A stretch of 63,167 bases of DNA, the filler included, from Intoshia linei (lineage: Eukaryota > Animalia > Orthonectida): NCBI GenBank assembly GCA_001642005.1. It is 5 parts of 5 records of this genome, joined end to end, with 100 filler letters (N's around TTAATTAATTAA, not from the genome) between each part and the next. Parts side by side here need not be neighbours in the genome. Positions count along the whole stretch, not along the records: positions 1 to 27,661 come from LWCA01000471.1; 4 more parts are not named here. One strand, written 5' to 3'. Shown here one piece after another: positions 1 to 11,600 of this stretch. Made by a program: the position numbers and the translations under genes. Numbering within the stretch: the first letter of the stretch is position 1; each line of letters starts with the position of its first letter. The notes beneath the pieces were generated by a model. The model was not told the DNA's origin and did not search any database. It saw only the letters and a list, made by a program, of their open reading frames with translations.

Positions 1-174
1 CAAGTATTTTTTATCTGTTTTTATTTCGTACCATTTGAAAATTCAAAATATTTACTGAAATTTTTTTCTTTAAAAAAAATAAATTTTTATTGTTTACCTT
101 CAAGAATGTCCTTCATACTCAATATTCAGATATACTCAATATACCAAATATTAATTTAAATGAAGAAAATTAAA

Positions 175-1128
175 CTATGCAAATGGATAATTAATAGAGT
201 ATTTATTATTGTGATACAAAATTATGTAATTTTTTATATTTTCAGGTGTGAATGGTCTCTGTTTAGTTACCATTTTTTTTAACAGACTAAAACTTCTTTC
301 TACGCTGACGGATGTAGAAGGAGCGTTCCTTAGAGAATGACATAATATTGGGGATTTGTTTGAATCTAAATTATTCATAATGGCATATATGTTGTTTTTC
401 GTTAGACGTTTATTAATATAATCCTTTATGCTGCAGGGATCCGAATCAAAGGACAAATTACATAATACATTGTAGGCCTTTTCTATGCTAAATGACGATT
501 CTTGAGCCATTTCTATTACATCTAACAGAGATAAATATGTACATATTTGAATCAAAGCATTGTCTAATCCAAGTTAGTTGACAGCCGCTTTAGCGCGATT
601 TATTATTAAATCATTAAATAAGGCCTTAATTTTAGGGTTGTTGAGTTTATAGAGTGGAATATCCGCAGATATAAATGCCTCCAAAATTGGGTCAGTAAAA
701 TCATGAGACATTTTTAAAAATTTAGGTAGAGGAGGAGTATCGTTTGACAATTTGTGTTTTTTTGTGTTTCTGTGAACTTTAATAAAGTGCATTTTTTCAT
801 AGAAAACTGCAATTGCAATTTATACAACTAAGTAAATTATCAGTTCTCTTGAATTCATTAAGATACATTCATTATGTTGTTCATTTTAAAATGAGGAGAT
901 TTTGTAGTTTTTGGCATGCTAAATGAATGTTACATCATTTCGCGATGATTAAAATTTTTCCTGTAAAAGTGAAACTTTTAGACTGAAATAGTGTTTATTT
1001 TCATTTTCAAAAAAAATTACTTTATTAACATTATAAAATTTTAATTAGCTAATTAATAAACATAATATTGGTATGATCATGCTAATTAACATATAAAAAA
1101 TTCACTTTATTAACTTTTACTTGCCCTA
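175..1128 (-). mobile_element. Degenerate, internally deleted hAT transposon of the CGGBP1-like group
   Basis: Minus-strand fragments: BED-like finger (CINCNC...HRNTKKH, from ATG ~917), ADIPLYKLNNPKIKALF motif (574-792) and C-terminal dimerisation motif STSVSVERSFS (175-555). The terminus TAGGGCAAG at 1128 matches the TAGGGC ends at 11952/12354 and 56686. Confidence 0.8.
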
Positions 1129-1194
1129 GTCATTATACACACATTGTATGTGTAATTGACATGTAATATTTGTTATTTGTAAAATTTTATTATA

Positions 1195-1937
1195 TTGTTA
1201 ACCGATGCCGCGTCTTATATGAAAGTTGGAGGTTCAAAACTTAAGAGTGAAACATTTGAATCCGACAATGGTGAAAGATTTAAATTTTCAAATTTGTTTC
1301 ATGTCACTTGCATTCTTCACTTATACCATAATATAATATCGAAATACTATACCAATGCATCTAACCTTGTCGTTTGCATGAATTTGGCTTTTTCCAAATG
1401 CGACACTCGGAAAAAAGCATTTACCACCATCTCTCTATCTCGCACATATTTCAAAACCAGATTTGGTGATTGGTTGAAAGAATGTACAATTATCACTTTT
1501 TACATATTTTAATTACAGAATTTTGCACAGTACATTACACAATCTCTGATGCTTTGGATAGTTTAAACAATTTAAACTTTAAAAAGGATCCAGCAAATAT
1601 CAAAATTTACCTTGATAAAAGACTAGAGAGCAGTGACACCAAGAGCATTGAAAATTTCACAAGAGAAGATATAACACCCAGCCAATATACAAAGCTTCTT
1701 ATGTGCCAATCTACGTCGATTAGTGTAGAAAGGAGTTTTTCAATTTTGCATAAAATCAATGCTAAAGGAAGAAATTTCAAAGCAGAGAATTTGGCTGAAT
1801 ACATTCTACTCAAATACAATTTGGGAAATGAAATATAATTTTGAAGTAATTTATATTGTTTCTAATATAACTCGATTTAGATTTATTTTTTCAATACATC
1901 CACCACCATTTCAACACATCAAATATGGACGCCACTG
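1195..1937 (+). mobile_element. Degenerate hAT transposase fragment (RNase H-like core plus dimerisation domain), frameshifted
   Basis: LTDAASYM...HVTCILHLYHN...KTRFGDWL (1195-1512), then STSISVERSFS...NFKAENL (to 1838). Possible right TIR GGACGCCACTG ends at 1937. Confidence 0.8.
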
Positions 1938-2953
1938 ATAAGCAAAAGTTAATGGTTGTCGGTAAAAGTAGAAACCCTATATGTTTCAAAGGTTATGAAT
2001 CATAACTTATGATCTATCTGTGTATTATACTTCCTCAAAATCCAGCTGGGTCAATATATATATAACATAGTGCAACATTTTTGAACTGTGAAATATCTGT
2101 GTGATAAGCGTAGCCTTCCACTTATAGTAACAAGATTTGAGTAGTTTCTATCACGTAGTTTTGTTTAGTTTAGTTTTAATTAATGATTTATTAATTTCTC
2201 AAAATTGGTATCATGGATACAAAATCAAAATAAAAGTTTATTTTACAATTTTTTGGGGCTGTGAATATGAAAAGGAGGGTAAGATATAGAGTCAATGATA
2301 TCTAGAGATGATTCATTGACGGATACAGAAGTGATATTTAAATTTTTTGTAGGTTTAATGTTTTTACTTTTTTTTGAAAATAAATTAGGCTTTGATTTAC
2401 AAAAATGACATTGTGTGTCTACAATGGGCTTTACCCATGATTTTGTACTGTCATATCGTTGTATCATATTACTCATATCAGTGTGACATGTTCAAAATGT
2501 GCAAACAAATATGTACAACAAAATTGTGGAATCCCCTATTCACTTGATGTCACAATTTGTTTATACAATAATACCAATTTCTGGTTAAATCCAAGAGAAT
2601 GTATTGAATATTTTTTTTACTCTTCAAAATGTACGCTCTACAGATAAAACAAAATTTGATCGATTTTTTATGTTTACATGTTACATGTTTACAAAATTGA
2701 TCATACTTGACAGCATTCATTGTATTATTAACAATTAAAATATAAATAAAATATTAAAAAAAAATTGATTTCGAACTTAAACGTTAATTTAAACAAAATA
2801 TTAATCAAATTTTTGTATACGATGGAATCTCTGTATTGACCATATTCATTGCAAACATGACTAACAAGATCGTGAATCTTTACATATTGATTCTTCAATC
2901 ATTTTGTGCCTGACTCCAAGGCTCATTGTACCTCCATGGGATTGGATAACAAT

Positions 2954-3110
2954 TGCAAAATCCTATTATTAGTAAATCAATGTCCTGCCCATCCACCTGT
3001 GCAATTTTTATTTTCTGATAACATGGCTGTATTATACACTCCTCCAAATACAACCGCAAAACCAGGGTATAATTAAGTCGTTTAAATGTCGATACAATCA
3101 AAATTTCATC
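2954..3110 (+). pseudogene. Tigger/pogo (DDE_1) transposase relic
   Basis: Hand translation gives KILLLVNQCPAHPP...LYTPPNTTAK, then after a frameshift QGIIKSFKCRY. This matches the Tigger LLLxDNxPAH / PPNTTS / DQGII motifs. A minus-strand IFNIDET at ~3495-3535 may be another pogo piece. Confidence 0.7.
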
Positions 3111-3693
3111 AAAACTATTATTTCATGGCGTGTAACTGCAGTCATGAAAAAATAGACTCTCAGAATGTGCCTTGATAATGCTTTAAATCATGGCATGATA
3201 TTAACTACAATGTATTTACCCAGGCTTGGAGAAACATTCAGGGTATTGACAAAGTATCCAAATATGAAATTAATGAATGCAATAAGCAAGATCTTTTGTA
3301 TTATTTGAAAAAATTTATTAAATATTGATAATTATTATTTATTTTAGAATCTTCACAAAGATAATGATATAAATATAATGAGGAAATTGGAAAATAAATT
3401 AATTTGTATATGTTAATACAGTAATACATCTTGTAAATATTTTATAATACGAAACTAAGTACCTGTCAATCGTATATTTCTTATATTTAAAGTCTTCAAG
3501 TGTAGTTGTTTCATCAATGTTGAAAATATGATCTGTATAGCCACAATATTTATTTATAGAATTCGAAAATAAAAACAATCGGATGTAAATAACCCATTGT
3601 GAAATGGTTTATAGCTCATTTTTGATTTTTCTCTAAACATACTATCGCGCAGCAGTTGAAAACCCTGTCTTATATTTTAGGGCAGAACATAAA

Positions 3694-4563
3694 CTAGAAT
3701 TTTTTAATCGATTAACTTTCGTTTTTTGGTTCAAAATATACAATTTAAACAAAATGTTTTGAAAATAAGAATTTAAAAATTGCGAAGGAATGAATTATAT
3801 AGATTTTCACCCATATTTCTTTATTGGAAATGTGTAGAGGTTCAATACACACTTTTTTGAAATTGCATTTTGAAACATTGTAGGATCAATATTTACATTT
3901 TCAATTTTTTTTTATATTTTTTTATCGAAATATTTGAAAAATATTGTTGATAATATATTAAAAATTATTTTTCATCGGGAATGCGAGATTTCTCGGGTTG
4001 AACTTTTGTATTTATATCAATTGGAATAAGCTCTATCAGAATAATCTTCTTTTTTTTTAATTTTCGGACAGTTAATTATTTCACATTTTTTGTTTTAATA
4101 AAATATTTCGAAAAAAAAATATATGAATACTAAAATGCTTTTTTGACCGTGAAGTTATCACTTGTTCGGATTAAATTTTTTTATGTATGTTAACAGGATA
4201 TAACTGTACTACCTGTAATTTTTTTAAATTCTGAAGCTGTTTTCATAAAAAAGGGTAATTTGTGGTTTTGGCCATGAAGATATAATTTTTTTAAGTTTAA
4301 ATTTATGATAATGTTTATGGTTTTAAAATTCGTATCAGCGTATATATTTTTTTAACTCTCTAACTAGTTTGATTTTTAAAAAAAAAGGACAATTGAGGTT
4401 TTTGACCCGTAAGCTGTGAATTTGAAATTTATCCTATCATTACCCCAGAAAAAACTGTAATTGAAATGTAGACTTTATAAAATTCTAAGATTGGTAGTTA
4501 TTGAAAAAAAGTGGAAAACACACACACAAACATATATTGCGTAGCATATTATTTAAGTAAGGA
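3694..4563 (-). mobile_element. Non-autonomous Helitron copy (family A)
   Basis: Reverse complement starts A^TCCTTACTTAAATAATATGCTACGC at 4563 and the body matches 31821-33171. The 3' end is uncertain (CTAG^T at 3694). Confidence 0.75.
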
Positions 4564-4889
4564 TATTTATTTAAATTATCAGTTTCACTTAACGGTTCCA
4601 TTATATCAATTTGCCACAGTTGATTCAACAACTTTCAATTCACAAATCTATTGTGCTTTTGATGTTTGGAAGCATTACACTTATTACACTCAATATTATT
4701 ATTAAATGTTCTTTTATGTCTCGATACAATTGTTTAGTTAACATTCAGTCCAGTGACTGGACTATAGTGGTGACCCGCGAGTCAATTCACGACATGTCAA
4801 CATGTCACAAACATGTCACATCAATTTAAATTTTGACAATATAAATCGAACTGCATTTGTATTTAAATTACAATTTGCGATAATAAAAA

Positions 4890-5109
4890 ATGATAAACTC
4901 TGAAATTAATGAAACTACAAGTTGTATTAAATATGAAGATGGAAGAATTATTACATGTGCTGCTCAACCCATTTCCTCTGTTGAAGAGCTTTCGGTATTT
5001 ATTAACTACAAACACAACAATATAATGTAAAAATTATATATTTTTATTTACAGAACCGAACCATTTCGGGTCTCCGAATTTTTTCTAAAATGGTAGCATC
5101 ATTTTTATA
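4890..5109 (+). CDS. Possible short spliced coding region, unknown product
   Basis: ATG 4890, 35 codons to a GT donor at 4995, pyrimidine-rich acceptor TTTATTTACAG at 5053, in-frame continuation to TAA at about 5109. No recognisable homology. Confidence 0.3.
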
Positions 5110-5216
5110 AATTGAGCATTTAAAAAAATATTCAACTTTTTTAAATGTCAATGTTTTGTAAGTCAAAATTAACTTAAACAATTTTGTATCCCATTTTTTT
5201 AGTTTAATCAAGACTA

Positions 5217-6312
5217 CCATTTCACTATCAATATTATAATAATTACAACCGAAGTGATAATAACTAAATTCAATATGATAACATTTTGCAAGACGATAAA
5301 ATAACCACAAGCAATGTGATAATAGCAAGTTTCAATGTGATCATTGCTATATTTAAAGTGATAATCAAATTATTAAGGGTTTCTGGCATATTTTGACCAA
5401 AAATTAAATTGTAATTAACAGGAAATGTAATATGGTTGAATCGCACTACCTATAATATATTTTTTTACGTTTAAGGTGTATAATATATACTGTATATTTA
5501 AGAACAATATTCGAATTTTCTTAGTTTAAATTGTTAAAAATATCCGTATGTTCTTTGCAGGTTCATTTAATTATAATATAGTTTCGAAATAAAAATATAA
5601 ATTCATTTTGAAAGATATCATATTTACATTCCAAGTAAGAATATTCACAAATTAAATAAATTAAAAAAAAAAAATTTACTTTTTTTTTTCAAAGTAAAAA
5701 TAGCTATTATCAATGTAAGAATAATTACATTCAAAATGAGAGGAAAAATTTCAACTAAATTCTTAGTGTAATTTATTATTATATTTTTATTAATGTTTTT
5801 TATAATTAAGTGCATATATATGTTAATTAACATATTATATTAATTAAATTTCAAAAAAATATTCACAAATACGTTTAATTTCGAATATAATATATAAAAA
5901 TAACATTTTTAATNTAATGGTTATGAAGTGGAGTCAAGACTCAAGTCTAAGGAATACAAAATTTCAAAAATTCTCATGTTCACTATTAAAAAAATAGAAT
6001 CAAATAAGGAAAAATATGAAATTATAAATTTTATGATTTTTAAATATGACTCAATACTGACGTAAAAAATAGAAATTTTGGCCCATATAATACTTGTTAT
6101 AATTTTAATTAGTTGTAACGAAGTTTCTGTTTATATTTATGTAAGATTTTTTGAATAAACCCCATTATCACATTGCATTTAACTATAATCATATTAAAAG
6201 TAATTGCTATCACATGGCTTGTAATTGTTATCACCTTGACAATCGTTATTCCATTTTGAATTTAGCTATTATCACATCGGTTGTAATTACCATCATATGG
6301 ATAGTGAAATGG
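5217..6312. mobile_element. MITE/foldback-like element with ~160-bp TIRs built from ~21-bp subrepeats, TA flanks
   Basis: TA|CCATTTCACTATC...GATAGTGAAATGG|TA. 5217-5370 is an imperfect reverse complement of 6160-6312, with a GTGATAATAGC-type unit repeated. Confidence 0.7.
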
Positions 6313-7603
6313 TATAGATAGGGAATTTAAAACTATAGAAACAGTAGGTAAAACCTTTAAATTAAAGGTTAAATTGCAATAAAATGTAAATTGTAAAATT
6401 TAATACAAAATAATTTAACTTATTTTGAAAAATGGTTTTAAAACTTTTAGTTTACATTGTAAATTAATGGCGAGTTATAGAGTTGGAGAACTCTGGAGAG
6501 AATACTGTACTTCATATACAGTAGTTGGAAAACAAAGAAATGCTAACAAATTACAAATATTACCAACACGCATAGTGTTATAAGTTATTAGTGAATTTAA
6601 CATATGGAGTCCATATTATGGACACAAAACGAAATGATTTTTTATCAGTAANCAACTAAATTCAAAGTGAGAATTTATTATTATATTATTATTAATATTT
6701 TTTTATAATTAAATGCATATATGTTAATTAACATATTATATTAATTAAATTTCAAAAAAATATTCACAAATACGTTTAATCTCTAATATAAAATAGAAAA
6801 AGACATTTTTAATATTTTTTTATGAAGAAATTTAAAGGCAATGTATTTAAGTAAAATTTAATGGTTATGAAGTAGAGTCAAACTTAAGTCAAAGGAACAT
6901 TAAAATTTCAAAAATTGTCATGTTCACTATTAAAAAAATAGAATCAAATAAGGAAACATTAAATTATAAATTGTATTACTTCCTAATCATATAATTAATG
7001 TTTGAGGGTTCTTCTTTTTTTAAATTCGTATATATAATTTATTTTATAGCAAATATTTCACTAATTTTTTCAGGAATGATTTCGGTAAAAAAAATTTCGA
7101 AGTTATGAATAAGCATAATTGCCTCAACGTACGTAATTCAATGTGTTGAGGATATATGGTCAGATTCTTTAGAAGCAGAATTTTCATCAGTATTGGAACC
7201 AATTACTATACCTTCCTTGTTAATAATGTTGTTTATTATAAAATTCTCTTGGTCCACATCATCATATGGAACAGTGGTTCCCAAACTTTTTCCACGGTGA
7301 ACCACTTGTAAAAAAAATGTATGTGAACCATATAATTTTTCTTAAAAATCGTTTTAATCCTGAACATGTCACTAATGTAACACTGGTATGAATTTATTAT
7401 ATATTTTTCCTTAAAATTTAAATTAAATTAAAAATTTTACATTTATTTTGAAGTTGTAGCTGCTATGTCGTAATTAAAAAAATATATTCATTTCATTTCA
7501 AACATACTTATACATATATGATAAACAAATTACCAGTGCCAAACATATCGTATCCGAGATTCGACGTCGGTGGGATCTCGAAGAAAATTTTTTAAAGTGG
7601 AAN

Positions 7604-8124
7604 TTATATTTATGTAAGATTTTTTGAATAAACCCCATTATCACATTGCATTTAACTATAATCATATTAAAAGTAATTGCTATCACATGGCTTGTAATTG
7701 TTATCACCTTGACAATCGTTATTCCATTTTGAATTTAGCTATTATCACATCGGTTGTAATTACCATCATATGGATAGTGAAATGGTATAGATAGGGAATT
7801 TAAAACTATAGAAACAGTAGGTAAAACCTTTAAATTAAAGGTTAAATTGCAATAAAATGTAAATTGTAAAATTTAATACAAAATAATTTAACTTATTTTG
7901 AAAAATGGTTTTAAAACTTTTAGTTTACATTGTAAATTAATGGCGAGTTATAGAGTTGGAGAACTCTGGAGAGAATACTGTACTTCATATACAGTAGTTG
8001 GAAAACAAAGAAATGCTAACAAATTACAAATATTACCAACACGCATAGTGTTATAAGTTATTAGTGAATTTAACATATGGAGTCCATATTATGGACACAA
8101 AACGAAATGATTTTTTATCAGTAA
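7604..8124 (+). repeat. Near-exact direct duplicate of 6131-6651 bounded by single Ns (probable assembly/haplotype artefact)
   Basis: Identical 521-bp block, with single n at 5914, 6652 and 7603. 6653-6970 is also a diverged copy of 5750-6030. Confidence 0.85.
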
Positions 8125-8542
8125 AATAATAGTTATATACAGTGTATAATATTTTTTTTGAACCTTTTAAACCAAATTTGATAAGTTTTTTATGGGAACT
8201 TTGTATCTTCTAATTTTTTAACATTTTGAAGATAATTTTGGGACAAAAATTTGATTCTTAATTTCTTAAAAACCCCTTTGAAAGTTTGATTCAAAAAAAA
8301 ATCCTAAAAACCCCCTTGAAAGATTGGTTCAAAAAAATTCCTTACCTAGCTGCATACCCTACATTTATAAATTTAAATGTTTGTGTGCGTTCCCGGTTAT
8401 TTAAAAACGCAAATTCTAAGAGTTTTTCAAGACCAAATATATGATGTGAGATAATAAATTTATCCCAGATTAACACTATGCTTGTGGTAATATTTGAAAT
8501 TTTTTAGCATTTTTATATTTTCCAACTACTAGATATGAAGTA
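7981..8542. repeat. ~75-bp imperfect inverted repeat pair (MITE-like)
   Basis: TACTTCATATACAGTAGTTGGAAAA...CATAGTGTTA at 7981 versus its reverse complement ending at 8542. Confidence 0.6.
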
Positions 8543-8687
8543 TATAACACTGATAGTGTCAAAAACCCATATTGCCATTTTACAATCTAATATTATTTTA
8601 CAAATACAGTAAAATAATTTTTTGCAACCTCTCTAACCCTTCCAATGACCTTTTAAAAGAATAATGTGTATATTAATTGACTGAATG

Positions 8688-11600
8688 TCAATAAATTATA
8701 ACATTAAAATTACCATTAATTTTGCCATGGTAAATGGATTTGATTAGACAATCATATAATAATTTAATGTAAATATGATTTAAATTATCAGTTATGCAAT
8801 TCCGATTTATATTATACTTTGATAAAAGATTTTTTCTATTAATAAATAAAATAAAATAGAATATAATTGATAAAAATAAATCATACATTTTAATCTTATA
8901 ATCAGAAATTAGATTGTTAATTTGTATTTTAGACAGTGCGCCTCCAAATATTTTATATGCTCGACCTTTCGACAAGTTACTTTTTGCAACTTTATAAACA
9001 TTTTCTACATTAGAGAGCACAGATGATACGTCTTCACACTAAAACCACGTACATTTAATGGATTGTCAAAATATTAGACATAATCCTTACTTATATAAAT
9101 AAAATCGTTAAAAATGTATGTCTGTTTATTATATATTTATTTGTTCCAGTTTAAGAAAGTAAGGGGAGTCGACAGTTTAACAAATTCCATATTCTTATAA
9201 CAGTTTTTCCAGAGTGATGTTTTATCGCAAATTTCAATTTCAGAATTTAAGTCCTTCAAGGTTAAAAACCCCCAGGGTCCTTTGTTTTTAAATTCAAACT
9301 AGTCCTAGAATTATAAAAAATACAGTCTAATAAAAAGTTTTAAATTCATCAATATTATGATAATTTTCAATTTTAAAATCTTACATCTTCACGACCAAAA
9401 CCACAAATAACCCTTTTTTGTAAAAATTAAAAAAGTCTTATAATTTTATACAATATAAATTCTGGAGTGATTCATAAATGGTAACCTCAAAAAAGGTAAT
9501 TTTGACGATCAAAAACCCAGATTACCCTTTTTTAAAAATGAAAACAAAAGATGGATCGGAAAAGATGGTATACTTGAATTAGACGCTGTTTGTACGTAGT
9601 ACATAACAGGCAACTAGTAGTACATGTAAAATAAATATATTACCTCATTGGACGTATTTACATAAAAATGATAAACATAATCGTAAAGTGAATCATATGA
9701 TACAAAAACTTGACATAATTCATATGTTAAATTGCAAACATTTTCAAAAATTGGTATAATTTCCTTCGTATCCTGCTTTGTTAATTTGAATAACATGTTG
9801 GACCAATTCTAACAAAATAAGTTTAAAATAATCTGTATTACCCTAAAAAAGTTATTCTGAATATGGGGAACTCAAAATACTTGGGTTGAAAAGGTTTTGA
9901 AAATAGTTGTCACAATCTGATAAAGGTGTCAAAGTATTGGCCTAATAAAAAGTAAACAATTTACGGCACAATACTTTTGTTGCCACGCAAATAATCTTTT
10001 TAAATTTTTCATATTTTTTTTAAATTTTTGCTGGAGTTGCCCATAAAAATAAATACATGTATATATATATACAACGTAAATCAATTGGTTCCAATAAATT
10101 AGAAAAATATTTTGTAAATTAAATAAAATATACAAAAATAATGAACTAATAAAACGGTAAATAAACATACTTGGCTAATGGATAATAACGTATTGTTCAA
10201 AGTAGATATACAATTATCGACGTCAAAAAGCAATTCTTTCACGTCTAAATTTTTAGTAACATCTGACGTCTAAATATTATATATTTAAATAAAAAGATAA
10301 AAACAGAAATCGATGAAAGAAATAGATATGAAGGTTGAACGCGTTTCAATAGATTTATAATATTTGATTCTAAATTGTTTTTAAAATAATTAAATTAAAA
10401 TGAAAACGTGATTCCTTTAATAAATTAAATTTTCCATTTGACGGTATTTTTGTTGCAATCCTTTCCCATATTCTACTTATAGATTCTTTACTTTCCTATA
10501 AATGTCAAATTAACAATATTTACAACACTAAGGATCTGAATGGTATCAAACCGCAATGATGTACATTGTACATTACAAATAAAAAAAAAATGCGTTTTGT
10601 GAATTTGATTAGTAGTCGATACCAAAAATACTGCCGATATGCAAGACGTCTATTATAAATATAAATACCTCAAAGTAAATGAAAAAAGAATCAATCATTA
10701 TAGAAAACATTTTTGCGTCCATACCATCACTTTTAACACTAAGAGATATAAAAGTTCCAATATTGTCTCTCAATTCTTTGAATGCTGGAGTATAAATATT
10801 TGATATAATTTTGATTAAAAAAGGTGAAATATTCATGTTTTTTAGAGTGGAAATTTGGTTTATACTTTTTGATTTATTAATTTGGTTCATCTTTCCAAAC
10901 CAGCTGACAACAGTAGTATTGTCGATATTATTACTAGAAAAAGAACGGATTGGTGCAGATTGCCATTCTTCGTATGATTTATTATTTTCAGAAAAATGTC
11001 TGGTTCGTATCTTTGTGTTGGATAATGATAAACAACTCACTGCGTCTGATGTAATATCTTCACGAGAAGGGTTAACTTGAACAGTTGTTACACTGCTCGT
11101 CTCTTCGTCAGATTGTTCTGACTCAATTGCTACATGATCTGTAGCAGAATTTGGACGCGTGTCAGGAGATCGTGAGGAACGACAAACAGCCCAATCGAAC
11201 GGCATTTGATTCTAAAATTAACATTATTAACTAAATTAGACAAGGTATTAAATTATTTCAATAATGGTTCGAAATCGAAAATTTTCTACTGTTAACCAAT
11301 TTGTTAATTATGATATTTATACATAAGCCTAGGCATATAGTTAGAAACACTGTACATTGTACTTAAATACATAAATTTCAAAATAACCTAAAAGGGGCAT
11401 TGATAAAAAAAATTGGAAAAAAATACCGTAAGGAACGAATACGAATATGAAAAAGGTGAAAACCACTGTGTTACAATATTCGATTACATAGAGATTTTTC
11501 CGTTTTCAAACTTCAAACATGTAAAGAAATTCACGTTTACAGTCCTTAGTTTTTAAGGAATTTTAACAATTTTTGTGATATTAGCCACTTTTTAAATAGC

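Noticed and set aside
4791-4820. Three ACATGTCA repeats resembling p53 half-sites
   Set aside because: CATG spacing is 8 and 11 rather than 10, and there is no other support.
6131-8124. Exact 521-bp duplication as a recent segmental duplication
   Set aside because: Its boundaries coincide with single Ns, so an assembly overlap is more likely.
10650-10668. Possible 19-nt intron in furry
   Set aside because: Far below the 34-43-nt class, and a 38-nt alternative acceptor exists; cannot be resolved without RNA data.
10609-11205. 198-aa ORF as an independent gene
   Set aside because: It is preceded by an in-phase acceptor and continues furry.
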